Translations under genes and position numbers: made by a program
Shown: piece by piece, positions 40,001 to 64,000 of the stretch
Numbering within the stretch: the first letter of the stretch is position 1
How the letters are laid out: every line of letters begins with the position of its first letter
Assembly: GCF_000150275.1 (NCBI RefSeq)
Contig: NW_002060943.1
Coordinates: 11,780,878 to 11,844,877, forward strand
Direction: 5' to 3'
DNA length: 64,000 nucleotides
From: Trichoplax adhaerens
Lineage: Eukaryota; Animalia; Placozoa
Notes under the pieces: generated by a model
Databases searched by the model: none
The model's input: only the letters and a program-made list of their open reading frames with translations
What the model was told of the DNA's origin: nothing

Positions 40001-40824
40001 TTTAGTTTTACATAGTTTTTACTTTCATGAATAGTGAAAGGTCAATTAATTACTCATAGTCTACGCGTATATTAGCAATTTTTGTCAAGCGTTTAATTTT
40101 ATATTTTTAATTTCGATGCGTATGATAACGATAGGTACCATATATATCCTTTTATATCGTCAGTCATCTGCTGAAGATATTATTAAGGCTTGCTTTCATG
40201 CTGAACTGCTACGGTGGTGTTACGACAACAATGGCTATGGAGCTTCTATGGTTAGTTAGTGCTTAGCAATATAAGAGTAGCTATAATACGTATGCTACGT
40301 CCGCTAATCGCAATAGTATAGCCACTTGCTGAATGCTGGCTTATGCTATTTTGTTGACGTTTCAAGAAGATACACGTAGTTCTTCATCAGACATCCCAAA
40401 CGATTATATTAGAATAGCCAAGTTATTAAAATTCTTATAATCATACTAACTATAAAGTTTTTTAACTATTTAGACTATTGGTTTTGAGGAAATGACGGAT
40501 TTGTCGAAGACCTTAAGAGAAGGTACTAGTAATTATACTTTGATCAATTCCGGCTGCTTTTAGGTACTAGTTCTTACTTAGATTAGGTGATTGTTAAAGT
40601 TGTATAATGATAGCAATTTTGCTCGCTTGATATGTACAGAGATACAGGTTCTGAACTGTTCAGGCAAGGCAGAAGGAAAACTCATTCATTCTGTTGCACA
40701 GTCTTACTCTATTGCCGATACTTTGTTCCCAAGTTTTGTAAATTTCCTTCGGAGCTCAGGATGGGTGACTAACTATAACATGCTGGGAGCAGATGAATGG
40801 AGAATTACTTGCGATCTCGAATGA
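37003..40824 (+). CDS. RUSF1: RUS family member 1 (RUS1/C16orf58, DUF647), multi-exon
   Basis: Exons encode VFLPQGYPESVSGDYLTYQLWDTLQ, AFCSSITGTLATQAILKGVGVGD, DGTGMIGRILFAW, LDCDAKKWRLFADFLND, GVAGGATRAALTMHQARRNNMADVSAKDGSQETLVNL, LHLYANYKAV..ETLNRERL, and C-terminal GW...LGADEWR. Confidence 0.93.
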
Positions 40825-42220
40825 TCAACTGTAGTGATAACACAATTTGTAAATGATGGCTTTTGGTTTATTAAATGAAAAGTGCGGTATTATACAGTAC
40901 ATTGCATCGTCATGGTTTATAATAAAAACGGATTTGATTCCTGTTAAAAAGACGACATAACTTAAAATCAATGGTTACCAGGTAACCGTACTATAGTATT
41001 GAGTGCTCGGTTGGTAAAAGTAAGACGTCTTAATAGGTAGCTGGCAGCAAGTAATGGATTTCCTCAGCACTGCAAATACTGAAACCATTCTGTTTATCAT
41101 ACGTACACGCTAATGCTTTGCCATCGATAAAATTCAGCAACAAACTACAGTATATCTATGCATCGTGATGAGCCATAAGCATATAACACTACAGTGCAGT
41201 TTTGCAAGGAAAGTATTCTACACTCTACTGTTGTTCTTTATTCCTTTCTACTATTCCAGTCTATTCGACAATAGTTAATGTAACGGTGCAACAAATGTTT
41301 TTCCTGATAATACTGCTTCTTACAAATTGACGAATGTGAGCGACATGGTATAGGTCAGCTACAGCGTCGTTGTATACGAAAGCAGAAAATTTATTGATGA
41401 TACCATGCTGTGTTAACGTACTGTTTAGTATCTCAGACTTTTTTAACGTATTGTACGGTGAAATCCTGTATTTTCCCAACAGCTATTTTTGTTGGATTGT
41501 CGACGCAATGCCAACAAATGGTAATAAATATTCTAAAAAAAAGTGAATCTAACAGCATTCTATCAATCGTACTGCCTTTTTATCTAGTGTGTACAGTTAC
41601 TACAATAAGTGCTGCATATGGTATAGATGAGATACAGACAGAAAAACAAACCAAGCACAAGAAAACTAACTTGTATTAATAGCTATCAAAGATAACTTTG
41701 TAAAATTGTCTTCTATTTTAGGACTAAACAACAGTGTTTAGCTAAGATACATATTAACCTATAAGGGAATTAAAAAGTATGCTAAATAATGTTAACCTAT
41801 CATACTACCAACATGTTACTATCCAAAGTAAAGCGCTCACACACAGTGATTGCTTTAAATGTCCTTTTTAGCACGTTAAGAGCTTAAGGCATTTGGTAGC
41901 TACAAAGTTCACACACAGTGGACAAGGTAGTGCTAATATATATCCTAATGTTATCGCTATTACGTTAGAAGAAATGTCGATAATAGCGACAGTATGACAT
42001 AGTATCATGGCCGTGGAAACATTAATAGTAATCGTAATTTACAAGAAAAAATTTCCCTTTACCGTTACTGTCTAGATGCAACACAAAAGCATGATAGCAT
42101 GAGTGAAAGATAATTTAATCATGTCGAAACACCGGTACATTTATAGCATCTAAAAGTAGTACTATTAATTCTTAACATTCAAATTACATAAAACACGTAC
42201 GTTATAGTAAACTACCGCAT

Positions 42221-45489
<3,269 letters not shown>

Positions 45490-45579
45490 GTTGCTTCTTT
45501 CGGTACAAAAAAGCCGTTCTTTTCTAAATGTATCGTCGTGATCTCGAATATGCCTGTCTTAAAAATGTCGTGTTGCTAC

Positions 45580-45700
45580 AGTAAATTGGCCTACGGTGTT
45601 GCGGGCGACTACTCGTTCTTTGATTGGCTGGCGTTAAGGAGGAAGACCATTGTGAGCATGTGCTAATTGACGTCATCAGCCCCAAACAACGCCGATTGGT
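45580..45700 (-). promoter_or_regulatory. Calmodulin proximal promoter: three CCAAT boxes and a full CRE
   Basis: ATTGG at ~45586, ~45623, ~45694; palindromic TGACGTCA 45668-45675; locally GC-richer sequence 100-200 bp upstream of the ATG. Confidence 0.6.
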
Positions 45701-45764
45701 AATCGGCGGGTCTTTAGTACACAGTTCACAGTCCACGATGCAATAAGGTGTTAGCAGTTATCAT

Positions 45765-46895
45765 TTACTGTACTGTATTGTACTGTACAGTACTGTACGA
45801 GTGTACTGTACATACAGTACTGTACAGTGTAGTCTGACACTCTGATTCTGAGCATCGCTAGTACAGTCCTGAGGACTGTACTTCTACAGTACTGTACTGT
45901 ACTGCACTACCGTATAAGAAAGAGGAATTTTTCAGCAAAAAGTCGTTGGTACAGCTTGTACTGTACTGTACTGTACGTACTGAATGGTACAGACGTACAG
46001 TGTGACAGATGACTTTAAGTTTAAATTTCAATTTAATTTTCATTTTTACTTACAGTTACAGACTTACAGTATTCACGTTTTTTATATTCATGAGTAACTT
46101 TTGCCAGTGAACTACAGTACAAAAGGCTAAAGGCAGTACTATACTGTATAGTTAATTGACTTTTTCAAGATGCATTGATACCATAGACATGGTAGTTACA
46201 GTACAGCTTAATTTTACAGTCAAGTTTACATCAAGTTGATCCTTCTGCGTTCCGCGTAAATGAGACATTTACTGTATGCATTTATCGTATCATTTTTTGC
46301 TATCCTCATCGAGGCGCACCAGTGAAAAGAAATTGTTAGACCCATCCGTATCTGGCTACCGAGTGACACCAATAATAATTTAGATAGATTTACAATGAAT
46401 TCATTCGAATGGAGCATTAACAGTAAACAACTCAGTTACTACTATTTAGCCTGTAGACACTGAATTGGCTGTACTATGTTCAGTGAGACGCGGGACTCGT
46501 AGAGAAGAAAAAACGAATCCCCGAAAATCCCATGTCTATCACGTTGCTAAGCCGACGGTAGGATTGGATGGCTTAGAAAATAATTACAATCACGTAATCC
46601 TGCATAGGCATGTGAATGAATAATAATACAGTAATTATTTATTGTAATTACAGTGTCATCATCACGGTTAATGATAAAAACGGCAAGCACAGTAAAATTG
46701 ACGCCATGTCGCTAGCGAAGAACCACAGATCATATAGCACGCTGGGAAGCGGGGGGGAATGATCGCGACTACCAACTTTAGAAACCATGCTGTTTAAACT
46801 GGACTAAATGCATTAATTAATTATTAATTAATTATTTTGCAATCCATTACGTACAGTACAGTACAGTACAGTACTGTACTGTACAGTACAGTGCT
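45765..46895. repeat. (CAGTA/TACTG)n pentamer clusters in the CaM-BROX divergent intergenic region
   Basis: Examples: TACTGTACTGTATTGTACTGTACAGTACTGTAC (~45766) and GTACAGTACAGTACAGTACAGTACTGTACTGTACAGTACAG (~46851). Confidence 0.8.
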
Positions 46896-47098
46896 AACTT
46901 CCCCTAACAGTAACAAAGATACCGAAAATAAATGGTAGTCATTGCCCATGCTCAGCAAAGAGGAAAACAATGAATCATCGAAAATAAATCATTACGTAAT
47001 TATCAACATTTACCGTGTGTACTAGACACTGTATGCTACAGTATACTGTAGTGATCAAGGACTGTACATTGTACACTTACTCAAGATTGAATGTTGAC

Positions 47099-50000
47099 AT
47101 GGCGGACCAGTGGTTCCACCGAAATCCCTTGAAGGCCACTTCTACTTTGAAATTCGATAACGCAAAGAGAGTTTGCAAGAATAATGATGCTTTTAAGCTA
47201 TTTGAGTAAGATTATAGTTCGCTTTTTCATGTTAGATGCTTGTTGAGAGTGGATTGACGTGATGATCATTTCTAAATGAGCTCTGCTTTACAGTACAGAT
47301 TGCTATTTGTCACCTAATGGACTTGTTCAACAGTAGTGTAGGCAAAGTGGGGAAATGGCTGTTCCATGTTAGTGAATAGCATCGATTTCGCCTTGCAGTA
47401 GATATTCAGATAACTTGACCAACTAATACAGAATCCAGTAACAGTATAATGAAATAGTTTGAACTGCTGTTGACGCTGTAATGCGAGTTTATACAAGGGG
47501 TAGGCAATTGTAGGCATGTCTTTAGTCAGATTGTATCGCTGTTTCTTCTCAAATGTGTGATGATCTATTTTTCATGAATGAAAATACCCTTCTACGCGGT
47601 AAAATGACTCAATCAAATGATTGAATATCGGTAATACTTTAGTGAGTAGATTTGCAATTAGGTGTAGTTCTAAAATTTGCCTACGCAATATAATACTGAC
47701 CATTGCGGTATTTTTAAGAATTACTGTATATATACACTCTAGAAATAGTAATGAATTCATTAAGTTCTGAAAAATATCCCATCAAGGATATCATCATTTA
47801 CAAATTCATACATACATCAGTGATACTTCAGTCAACAGTGTAGGATTATATATATTTCTACAATTGTATTATGCAATAAGATATTGTGACAGCGATAATG
47901 AGCAGCGATACAACGAAATTTTAAGAATGCCTTGTACAGTATTAGGCTAATATTGACTAGTGGGTCATGTCCTATCAATCTCCTTCAGTATGTAGACGAT
48001 ATGCCATATTTTACATGTTTATAGTTGTTTTAATCAACCTTACTTGTAATGTAGACTAATAAAAATAGATAGATATTATTAGTAGCCTATGCATGTGCTT
48101 TGATGTTGGATGTTATACAATGGTTTATTACATCCTTCCGTATTGACACAATCGGTGGATCGTAATTCGTAGATAACTTTCAAATACTATAAGTACGGTA
48201 TATTTTCAATATCTTTTTCTCCTGTCACATAGTACAGCAATTTAGCTTATATCAGTACAGTCATTATAAAAGTGCTATGATGCAATTAAATCAAATTTAC
48301 CCACTTTCTATGCTAGTGAGGATAATAAACTATTAAGGGTTTTAACTACGATCTGCAATGTGTACTATGGATTACAAATTAAATGGTAAAATAAAATAAT
48401 GCTAACGAGTAGAATAGAAACATTTATAATAGTGTTAGTAGCATGGCAGTCAATGTTATTACAATGGGGTATCTTAAGAAACGATTCAAAGTTATACTTC
48501 TGTAATGCACTCTAATTAAGTCTTACTTTGCAATGTTTTTTCACACTTGGTAGAAAAACCAACGAAGAAAGAAAAAACCTACTCAATATCCTCAAAAATC
48601 CACAAAATGATATGAAACTTATCGAAACATCCTGGCAAAAATATTTTGCACTATATCTAGGCTTTGTTTTCAATGCCCACAAACCTGGACAAGACAGTCC
48701 TTTGCGAAATTTAGTACCAGTCCATTGGACTCAATCGTTGACTGGTAGAATAACAGTGTGAGTAGTATGTAGCTGTTATTCACCGTAATCTATACACATA
48801 ACAAAATTGAATACGGCACCCATATTTTACGAATTTGATAAATTTTTCTTTCCAAATATACCGTAGTACAATCTGTCCTATAAAGTCATAATTACTTATC
48901 TATTTATAATTCTGTAAATGCAAACAAATTCTGCTGTGTTAACTGACACAGCATTGCTATAACGTAGATTTCCTTCTAAAATGGTTATTCTAAAGTTCTA
49001 AAATGATTAAATATTTTATACGCATTTTTAGTTAAGCGTTTTCTTTATTCTCGATGTTACAGTAATACCTCTGACGGAATCTTTGAGCTAGCATCAATGC
49101 TAATCAATGTAGCTATTTGGCACATGAAACGCGCTTCATGTTTAGCGGAATCAGGGAGGTAAGCCTGCATCAGGAAGTAATGCAACTTACTGTACAGTAA
49201 TAAGATGATGATGTTGGATCGAAAAATTTTTTTACTGTACGTTATTGCTATTGTGAATAGTTTAATTCATCAGTTGATAATGCATACTTTAGTAATCAGA
49301 ATCTTAAATATATTATAGATCCTTTTACACTGAATACAGTATTTATGATGTATCATAAAGGAGATTACTGATTAATTATACTTTGTTAAATAACTAGCCT
49401 AACTATGGATGATGCCAAAGACATTCATAAATCACTTCGTATAGCTGCTGGATTATTTCAGTTTGTAAAGGTGATACAGAAATGATTTTGTATCGGTGTA
49501 AATATAACTGGCCTGATCTTAACTGCATATAACGTTCTAATTTATCCCCGCTAACAATAGGAAAACTATGCAGCTTCTTTAACTTCGATCACTGGATCTT
49601 GTAAAGATACCGAACAGCAAATATTAGAAGCATATTATACGCAGTGTATTTCAGAAGCTGAAGAAGGTGGGTATTATTCCGAGATACTATAACGCGAAAT
49701 TAATTGCCTATTGTGGCTAACTATATGCTATATTTCCATACCGACAGCAGCTTCAATCTTGTAGATTAGCGTAATTTTTAATTAATATTCAATGGTTGTA
49801 ATTACATCAACTACACCAAAAGAACTGTCTTATATTTTATCTAGTTACCGTTGCTAGAGCTATAGAACTAAAGCACCAGGCGTCTGTCGTTGGTGGCTTA
49901 TCTTATGAAACTTCCAAGCACTTTCAAGCTGCTGGTAACACAACCAATCTAAACTTCAGATAAATCGTGTATCATTACCGTTTCTAAAATATTTCATAAT

Positions 50001-51079
50001 ACACGTTATTATCATCTAAGAAGTAATATTGTAATAAAATGACTATGATTAGTTATACTAATTTATATTTGTTGACTTTAGCAACTTTATTATCATCTGT
50101 AAATGTAAATTATGCGGGCAAATGGAAGAAATACTTAGTTTTGAAATCCGTTTTTTATAAAGCATGCGTAAGTGCCCGTAGTCTATGATTGTAGTTAGAA
50201 TTATTATTTAAAGTCCTAGATAGACTTACAATTTGATGATTTCTTAGGCCTACGGGTGTTATTCAGAAGTTTTATTACAAAAAGATAAATGCGGTGAAGC
50301 AGTCAAGTTTGGACAAGAGGCTTTGCAGTGTATGTCAGCAAAGATAGTTGTATAGTTTGTAACGGAAACGTTAACTTAGATTTGATAGCATCCTGTACTA
50401 GGTTACTGGTTTAAATTCTTGGCTAATGACTAGTATATCCTATTTCTAGTATATAACAGTATTGAAAGTGCCTGCAGAGAGTATCTGCGTTTTAAAGGCG
50501 AAGGTAAAGCTGCCAGAGTTATTGATCACCAATTTTTTAGAAAAGTTGGAACAATGATCAAGCGTAATCTGGATAAAGCTAACAGAGAAAATGGCTTTAT
50601 GTAAATTTTTAAAATTAAATTTTTCACTTTTGGTAGTTTATCCATTACACTCAAGTATTGCATTCTTTACTGAAAATTGTAGATATCATCATAGAGTGCC
50701 TGCAGAATTGCCTCAACTCGATTTAGAAGCAAAGTACGGAATCGTACAACCTGAAAGTATTACTATGCCGCCTGCTGATGAAGGATGGACAGAACAAATT
50801 TATGCTTCGATTGATGCCCACGCCTATGCTACAACGGTACTGCTGATATCAACTATCTATAATATTTTAAGATCATCTATACTTACCTAGCTACCTTGTG
50901 CACTAAATATAATTTGTTACTACTCTTTGTTCATTTAAGTTGCCCATCTAAAATTTAATTTTAATTTACAGGCTGCACAAAAGGATACGGAAGCAGTTAA
51001 GGAGTTACCTGCTGTGGCGGAAGTACCAGGCAAGCAACAAAGCCAGAAATCAGGAGATTCGTTATGCATTATTTCGTAG
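47099..51079 (+). CDS. BROX: BRO1 domain and CAAX motif-containing protein BROX, multi-exon
   Basis: N-terminus MADQWFHRNPLKAT; internal WTQSL, FELASMLINVAIWHMK, IHKSLRIAAGLF, AEEVTVARAIELKH, KWKKYL, RENGFIYH; C-terminal CAAX CIIS*. Confidence 0.93.
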
Positions 51080-52333
51080 TTCCTGAAATCAGTTTATTCT
51101 CGCATGGTTATATATGTCCATATAATATTTTGAGATTCGCTCGCGAACACAACTTCGTATCTACTTTCAACAATCGTATTAATATTGCTGTTGCCTCAAT
51201 GCATATCTATGTTACATGCTTGACGAAGATACAGCTGACTATCTGTTTCTTGTTGTATTTCGTAAGTTGTATGCTACTGTATCATTAACTTAATAGATTT
51301 AAAAACGTAGGTTAAAATATCAATGTGACTGGCATAATACAGACGGTAATCTTGTACAGGTTAAAAATATTAGGCTGCTTAAAAATTACGAGTATGTCAT
51401 AATTATTTTATAATTTTTATTTGAATGATTTCTTTATCCTTAGCTACATTTTAATTGATAAAATGTTACTGGATTGTATATTTGTACAACATGTGCTATA
51501 TTGGCGTGTTTCATGTATATTTAACATAGTAGATAAGCAGTAAAACGTTATGATACAATTTTCAATGTATGCGTCCTTTTAGTATAAATCGAAATATTTA
51601 ATCACCTTGAAAAATCATAACCTATTTCGTACGCTGAGGGTTCATAAGGAAAGTTCGTCAGGAGGTATTTATTATAAATAGACTTTTAAGGTGAGCGGGT
51701 ATCCAATTGTCAGATGTATAACTCTTTCAGTAAATATTACAATATCTGTTGCTTCCTGCACCAATAAGAGTATAACTGTTGGATTTCCGCAACGACAGTT
51801 ATAGGATACAAGTATAGTACTTTAAAATCTATGTACATTTCATAATAGTCTGTAAATTATAAAAATATACGGGTTATAATGATATTTTAAATATACTATA
51901 TTCCGTGTTATCATCGGTAGTAAAACAAGAATTTCATTAGAATTAGGCGGTAAAAGAGGGTAACAAAATACTAGCACAATCCTACGTAAATGATAATTTA
52001 ATTAATGGATCAAAGGAAAAGAGAATTTGCACTTTATGCCGTTAGAGAATCGATAATGTCAATGTTAGTAAATATTTTTTTTATCTAAATTATTGCATTC
52101 GAAATTGCGTAAGTCATAAAATAAAGACTGCGATACCGCATTATTATATCGAAATAGATATATTCGATAGTAACTTATAGCGATAATAAAATCGTTTTAA
52201 TTCAGCTTGAGGAATAATTTGTTTATAAAAAAGTAAAATAAATACAGTAGCGGTAGTAAATAATAATTAGTTTCGACAATTTAAATTAATTGAATTAAAT
52301 TTATTACAGATACAGTAAAATTTCGAAGTTACT

Positions 52334-60334
<8,001 letters not shown>

Positions 60335-60711
60335 ATCGATCTTGAATCGATTGCAAAGAGAGAGAGAAAAAATGGCTTGGATGAGTTCGATGACTAAACT
60401 TGTTTATCTCGTCGTTTTACTCAACTTTTATGGGTAAACAGAATCACAGTGTACAGTACTGTGCACTGTACAGAGGTCAGATTCAATACTGTAGTGGACT
60501 TGGCTAGAGCGTGTCAAGCCTCTACTATCCTTATATGGATTAGTATGGATTTCAGGCATCCTAGACGATCCATAGGCAGTTTGGCCACGCAAAAGGAATA
60601 TACTGTACTTTCCGAGGACAGGAAGATTCAGTGTTGGACAGACAGATAGATAGGATCGGTCGACAGATTTAGTACGGTACTCTACTGTCTAGTACAGTAC
60701 AGTACAGCACC

Positions 60712-61165
60712 ATCAACTACTGTACCATAGGTCTTGATGGAAACAAGCAACTACTGCATTTTGAAAAGGACTTGTCAAATCTCAATCATCAATCTACCCC
60801 TAAAATCGGCCCATTTCAAAATGGTAATCAAGCGAGAGGGACATTAACAAATGGTAATCAAGAGAGAGGGACATTATTTGCTCTGTCAACTACTGTACCA
60901 TAGGTCTTGATGGAAACAAGCAACTACTGCATTGAAAAGGACTTGTCAAATCTCAATCATCAATCTTACCCCCTAAAATCGACCCATTTCAAAATGGTAA
61001 TCAAGCGAGAGGGACATTAACAAATGGTAATCAACAGAGAGGGACATTATTTACACTGTAAGATCGTTTCCAGTCGCTCTCTCTTGATTACCATTTTGAA
61101 ATTGGACGATTTTGTGGGTGTGATTGATCATTGAGAAGTCCCTGCTATTGAATGTGTACAGTACT
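60712..61165. mobile_element. MITE-like element with duplicated left arm (two ~175-bp direct copies plus an inverted copy)
   Basis: Near-identical units at ~60713-60879 and ~60886-61051. 61075-61140 is the reverse complement of the CTCAAT..AAAATCG..ATTTCAAAATGGTAATCAAG.GAGAG part. Confidence 0.65.
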
Positions 61166-61934
61166 GTATAGTGTAGAACCGTATATACTGTAAATATCAG
61201 GTTGGAGAGGAAGATCTCCATTTTCTCAATGTTACTACCAAATGAATACCAAATGACCTCAGAAATAAAGTCGGTTGAAAATTTGGATTCACACTTTATA
61301 GGATAGCCTATTACATGTCCATCGTAGCAGTACGATCTCATTTACTTTCGATTTAAAATCCTTCCCCCCCCCCCAAAAAAAAGTAAATTACGCTATAATA
61401 GATATACAGTATACGTATAGTGCACGGTTGTGCATAAATACTGTACATATACAGTATATATTATATATCATAACTATAGAATGGCATATTAGTAAATTAC
61501 TGAAATTTCCAATGGTATATTAGTAATTATGAAATTATACTGTGGCAAATCAGTAATTTAGTCTATATTATATTATTATATATACAGTACACATCGCTAC
61601 AGCCTGTTAGAAGGGTTTAAAAGGTGCCTATCCATGGCCCAGACTACCTTTTAGCCTTAAAATACCCATGAGAATGCTTCTCATAATCCTGAAATCCCCT
61701 CTGCAGCAGGGGTCAACAGAGGGTAATTGAATGCACATGTTGTAAAATACCGCTGCATACTCCAGTTTTACCTCAATCATGCAACATAAAATTATTGGAC
61801 GAATATTGATTGTGCTGTAGTCTGCGACCCGCTGTCAAAGCAAGTTGTTTGACAATTTCTAGTTGATGTCACTCCATTACTGACTTTGTACTATAGTAAT
61901 AAGCAAGGCAGTCTGTGCTACACGAATAAACGAA

Positions 61935-62085
61935 TTAATTAATGAATGAATTTATTACACAAACACACACGATAGTCGCTAACTCTACTCAAAAGCAATC
62001 AAGTTAAATGAATTAATGAATGAATGAATTTATTATACAAACACACACGATAGTCGCTAACTCTACTCAAAAGTAATCAAGTTAT
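61935..62085. repeat. Near-perfect ~78-bp tandem duplication
   Basis: AATGAATGAATTTATTA.ACAAACACACACGATAGTCGCTAACTCTACTCAAAAG.AATCAAGTTA occurs twice. Confidence 0.85.
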
Positions 62086-64000
62086 TAGCCTAGCACAGAG
62101 ATATTACAGCTTAAACTGCTTGATTATACATTACATGAGCGTATTCATCCGATCATACACAACATATTGATTGGTTATAATCCATCGCGCTATATTCCAA
62201 TCAAGTGCGAGAACATGAACGAAGGAGGAAGTAAAAGAGAGTTGAACGAGTAATATTGATGTCATAGCTACAGTGTACAGTACAAAGGAAGTCTATAGTA
62301 CACTCCAGTACTGTAGCATAGTGGAAGAACGGTACTGGTGGCTTCCCCTGTGCACAGCGTTTACACTAGATAGACCTGTCAATAAAAAGACCTTTTTGAA
62401 TAAAGTAGTCTACAGTACAGTATAGTTCGTACAGTGTATAGTACTGTAAACCATACTGGCCTGCAGACTGCAGTTGAGCTGAGCAACTTGATTGCAATCA
62501 TGGAGAGCAGTGTGGAAGACGCTGCAGAATGATCAATTTAAATAGTCCACTGTCCGTTAATTTGCAATTCAATCCATGAAATAAATTGTATTCAATTCAA
62601 GCTAATCTTAGTTAGAACTTGAATCTTCAACTATTTTATCCTTATACAATACTTGGCATAAGATGATGATACGCTCCAACATTCTCAACTTGGTGACTCC
62701 GAAAATTGCACAGGTACACCGCCGACTGCATGAAGAGTCTGTTAGAATAGTTGTATATCACAAGTAGACGAGATATTCTTGTGCAGTGAGATTGATAGCT
62801 AGAGCAATACTAAACTGTAAATGCATCATTACCATGTAACAAACGATGAATTGATTAGATCATACTGTACGCGTATAGAGTACAATTTTATGGTGATATA
62901 CCTTTCAGCAGCAATGTACAGTAGAATTTCTTTCTGTCTCTTAATATTGCGATTGACGTCATTATCTTAATCTAGTTTGGCCTTTGGCGACCGCCACTGT
63001 TGCTGCGGCTTTTTTCTTCTAGTCAAGTCAATTATTTCGCCAAAAAGAAATCCAAGGAAGCTAAAAAGGTATATCTTAACTTATTCTGGAGTATTTGAGA
63101 TGTTTTACCAGTAGACTGCCTGTACCATATTATAATGCGGTATCAATGAATGAATCGTTTCTCTTAAGTCAAGAGTGTGTATTGCATATCCATTTAGTTA
63201 TCGTCAACACAAATCCTACTACGCTCTAACATGAGCCTTCTCCAGTTTGCAAATGAAATCAAGGTAGAGCCAGGTAAGATTTCTTATTCTCTTTAAAATT
63301 ATCAGAACCGTCAAACTGCTAACTGCAGTATTGAGTTCGCCGTAATGCTTATGCTTATTATTAAGTCTACAACTTTCTTGATCGATATAATTGCATGTGT
63401 ATCTTATATTTGCCTCTAAGTTTATGCTCAAACTGAAATGATTCATGAATTGAAACTAACTATATGATACAAATATCCGTGCAAAATCCTTTAAAATTAT
63501 CTACAATATACCTACATCATTCCTTTCAGAAATTTTATGCCGAAAACTGCAAGAGTTAGATGATACCAATCAATACAAGATGGATACAAGTAAGCATTAG
63601 TCGTGCCTTCGTACAAGATCTCACTACAGTTTAAATATGTTACTCACTGTTCCAATTGCAAACTTATCAATTTCATTAATCGAATTCCATGGGTATATAC
63701 TGTAGTAAAGTCGTATGAGGTGCAGTGTAGAATGATAAAACGAAAATCAATTGACTTTTAGTATTATCCTTTACATGATGAGATGCTCGCCTAAGTCATT
63801 GAAAATTGGGTTGATTTTGTTAATATCCCTATTCTAGTCTTAAGTAGAGATCTGCAAGATTTACTATTATTAGAATATAATATAGCAGCTGACGAAATAT
63901 CTCACGGTACATCCCCTAGCAGGTAATGTTAATATGATTTCACCATCGATATGTTGTTATGGATGCAATTTGGTACATTGTTTAATGGACGTCTAATAGT

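Noticed and set aside
50879-50900. ATACTTACCT resembling the U1 snRNA 5' end
   Set aside because: The match stops after 10 nt; no U1 stem-loops or Sm site; lies in a BROX intron.
62500-63446. Exon-like pieces at the right end (62975-63068 +; 63219-63446 -)
   Set aside because: Stops or frame conflicts and no recognisable family; a terminal exon of a gene outside the window cannot be excluded.

Overview
AT-rich, intron-dense animal genomic DNA with short GT-AG introns. The style suggests an early-branching metazoan, probably a placozoan (Trichoplax-like); this is inference, not a database match. Confident spliced genes: the 5' end of a class I myosin (MYO1C/H-like, minus), an SLC43 (LAT3/LAT4-type) transporter with a ~840-aa cytoplasmic insert, RUSF1/RUS1 (DUF647), calmodulin, BROX and an MSK kinase (RPS6KA5/4). 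The accessory part (1-35 kb) holds the most interesting material. (i) Two convergent, spliceable, leaderless genes carry FGF/IL-1-like beta-trefoil motifs, share an intron phase pattern, contain DxxD caspase-type sites, and each has a TATA box with a proximal STAT-type GAS element. (ii) An intronless stand-alone GIY-YIG nuclease gene with one internal stop sits behind a duplicated ISRE-like element and TATA box, inside a direct-repeat-flanked cassette. (iii) The SLC43 loop has three copies of an SP-rich/YxxxxL-phi module plus PxIxIT motifs. Also present: MITE-like elements, ~120-150 bp minisatellites, a GC-AG intron, and (CAGTA)n clusters that mark housekeeping-gene 5' ends. All exon structures were derived by hand from splice sites and reading frame.
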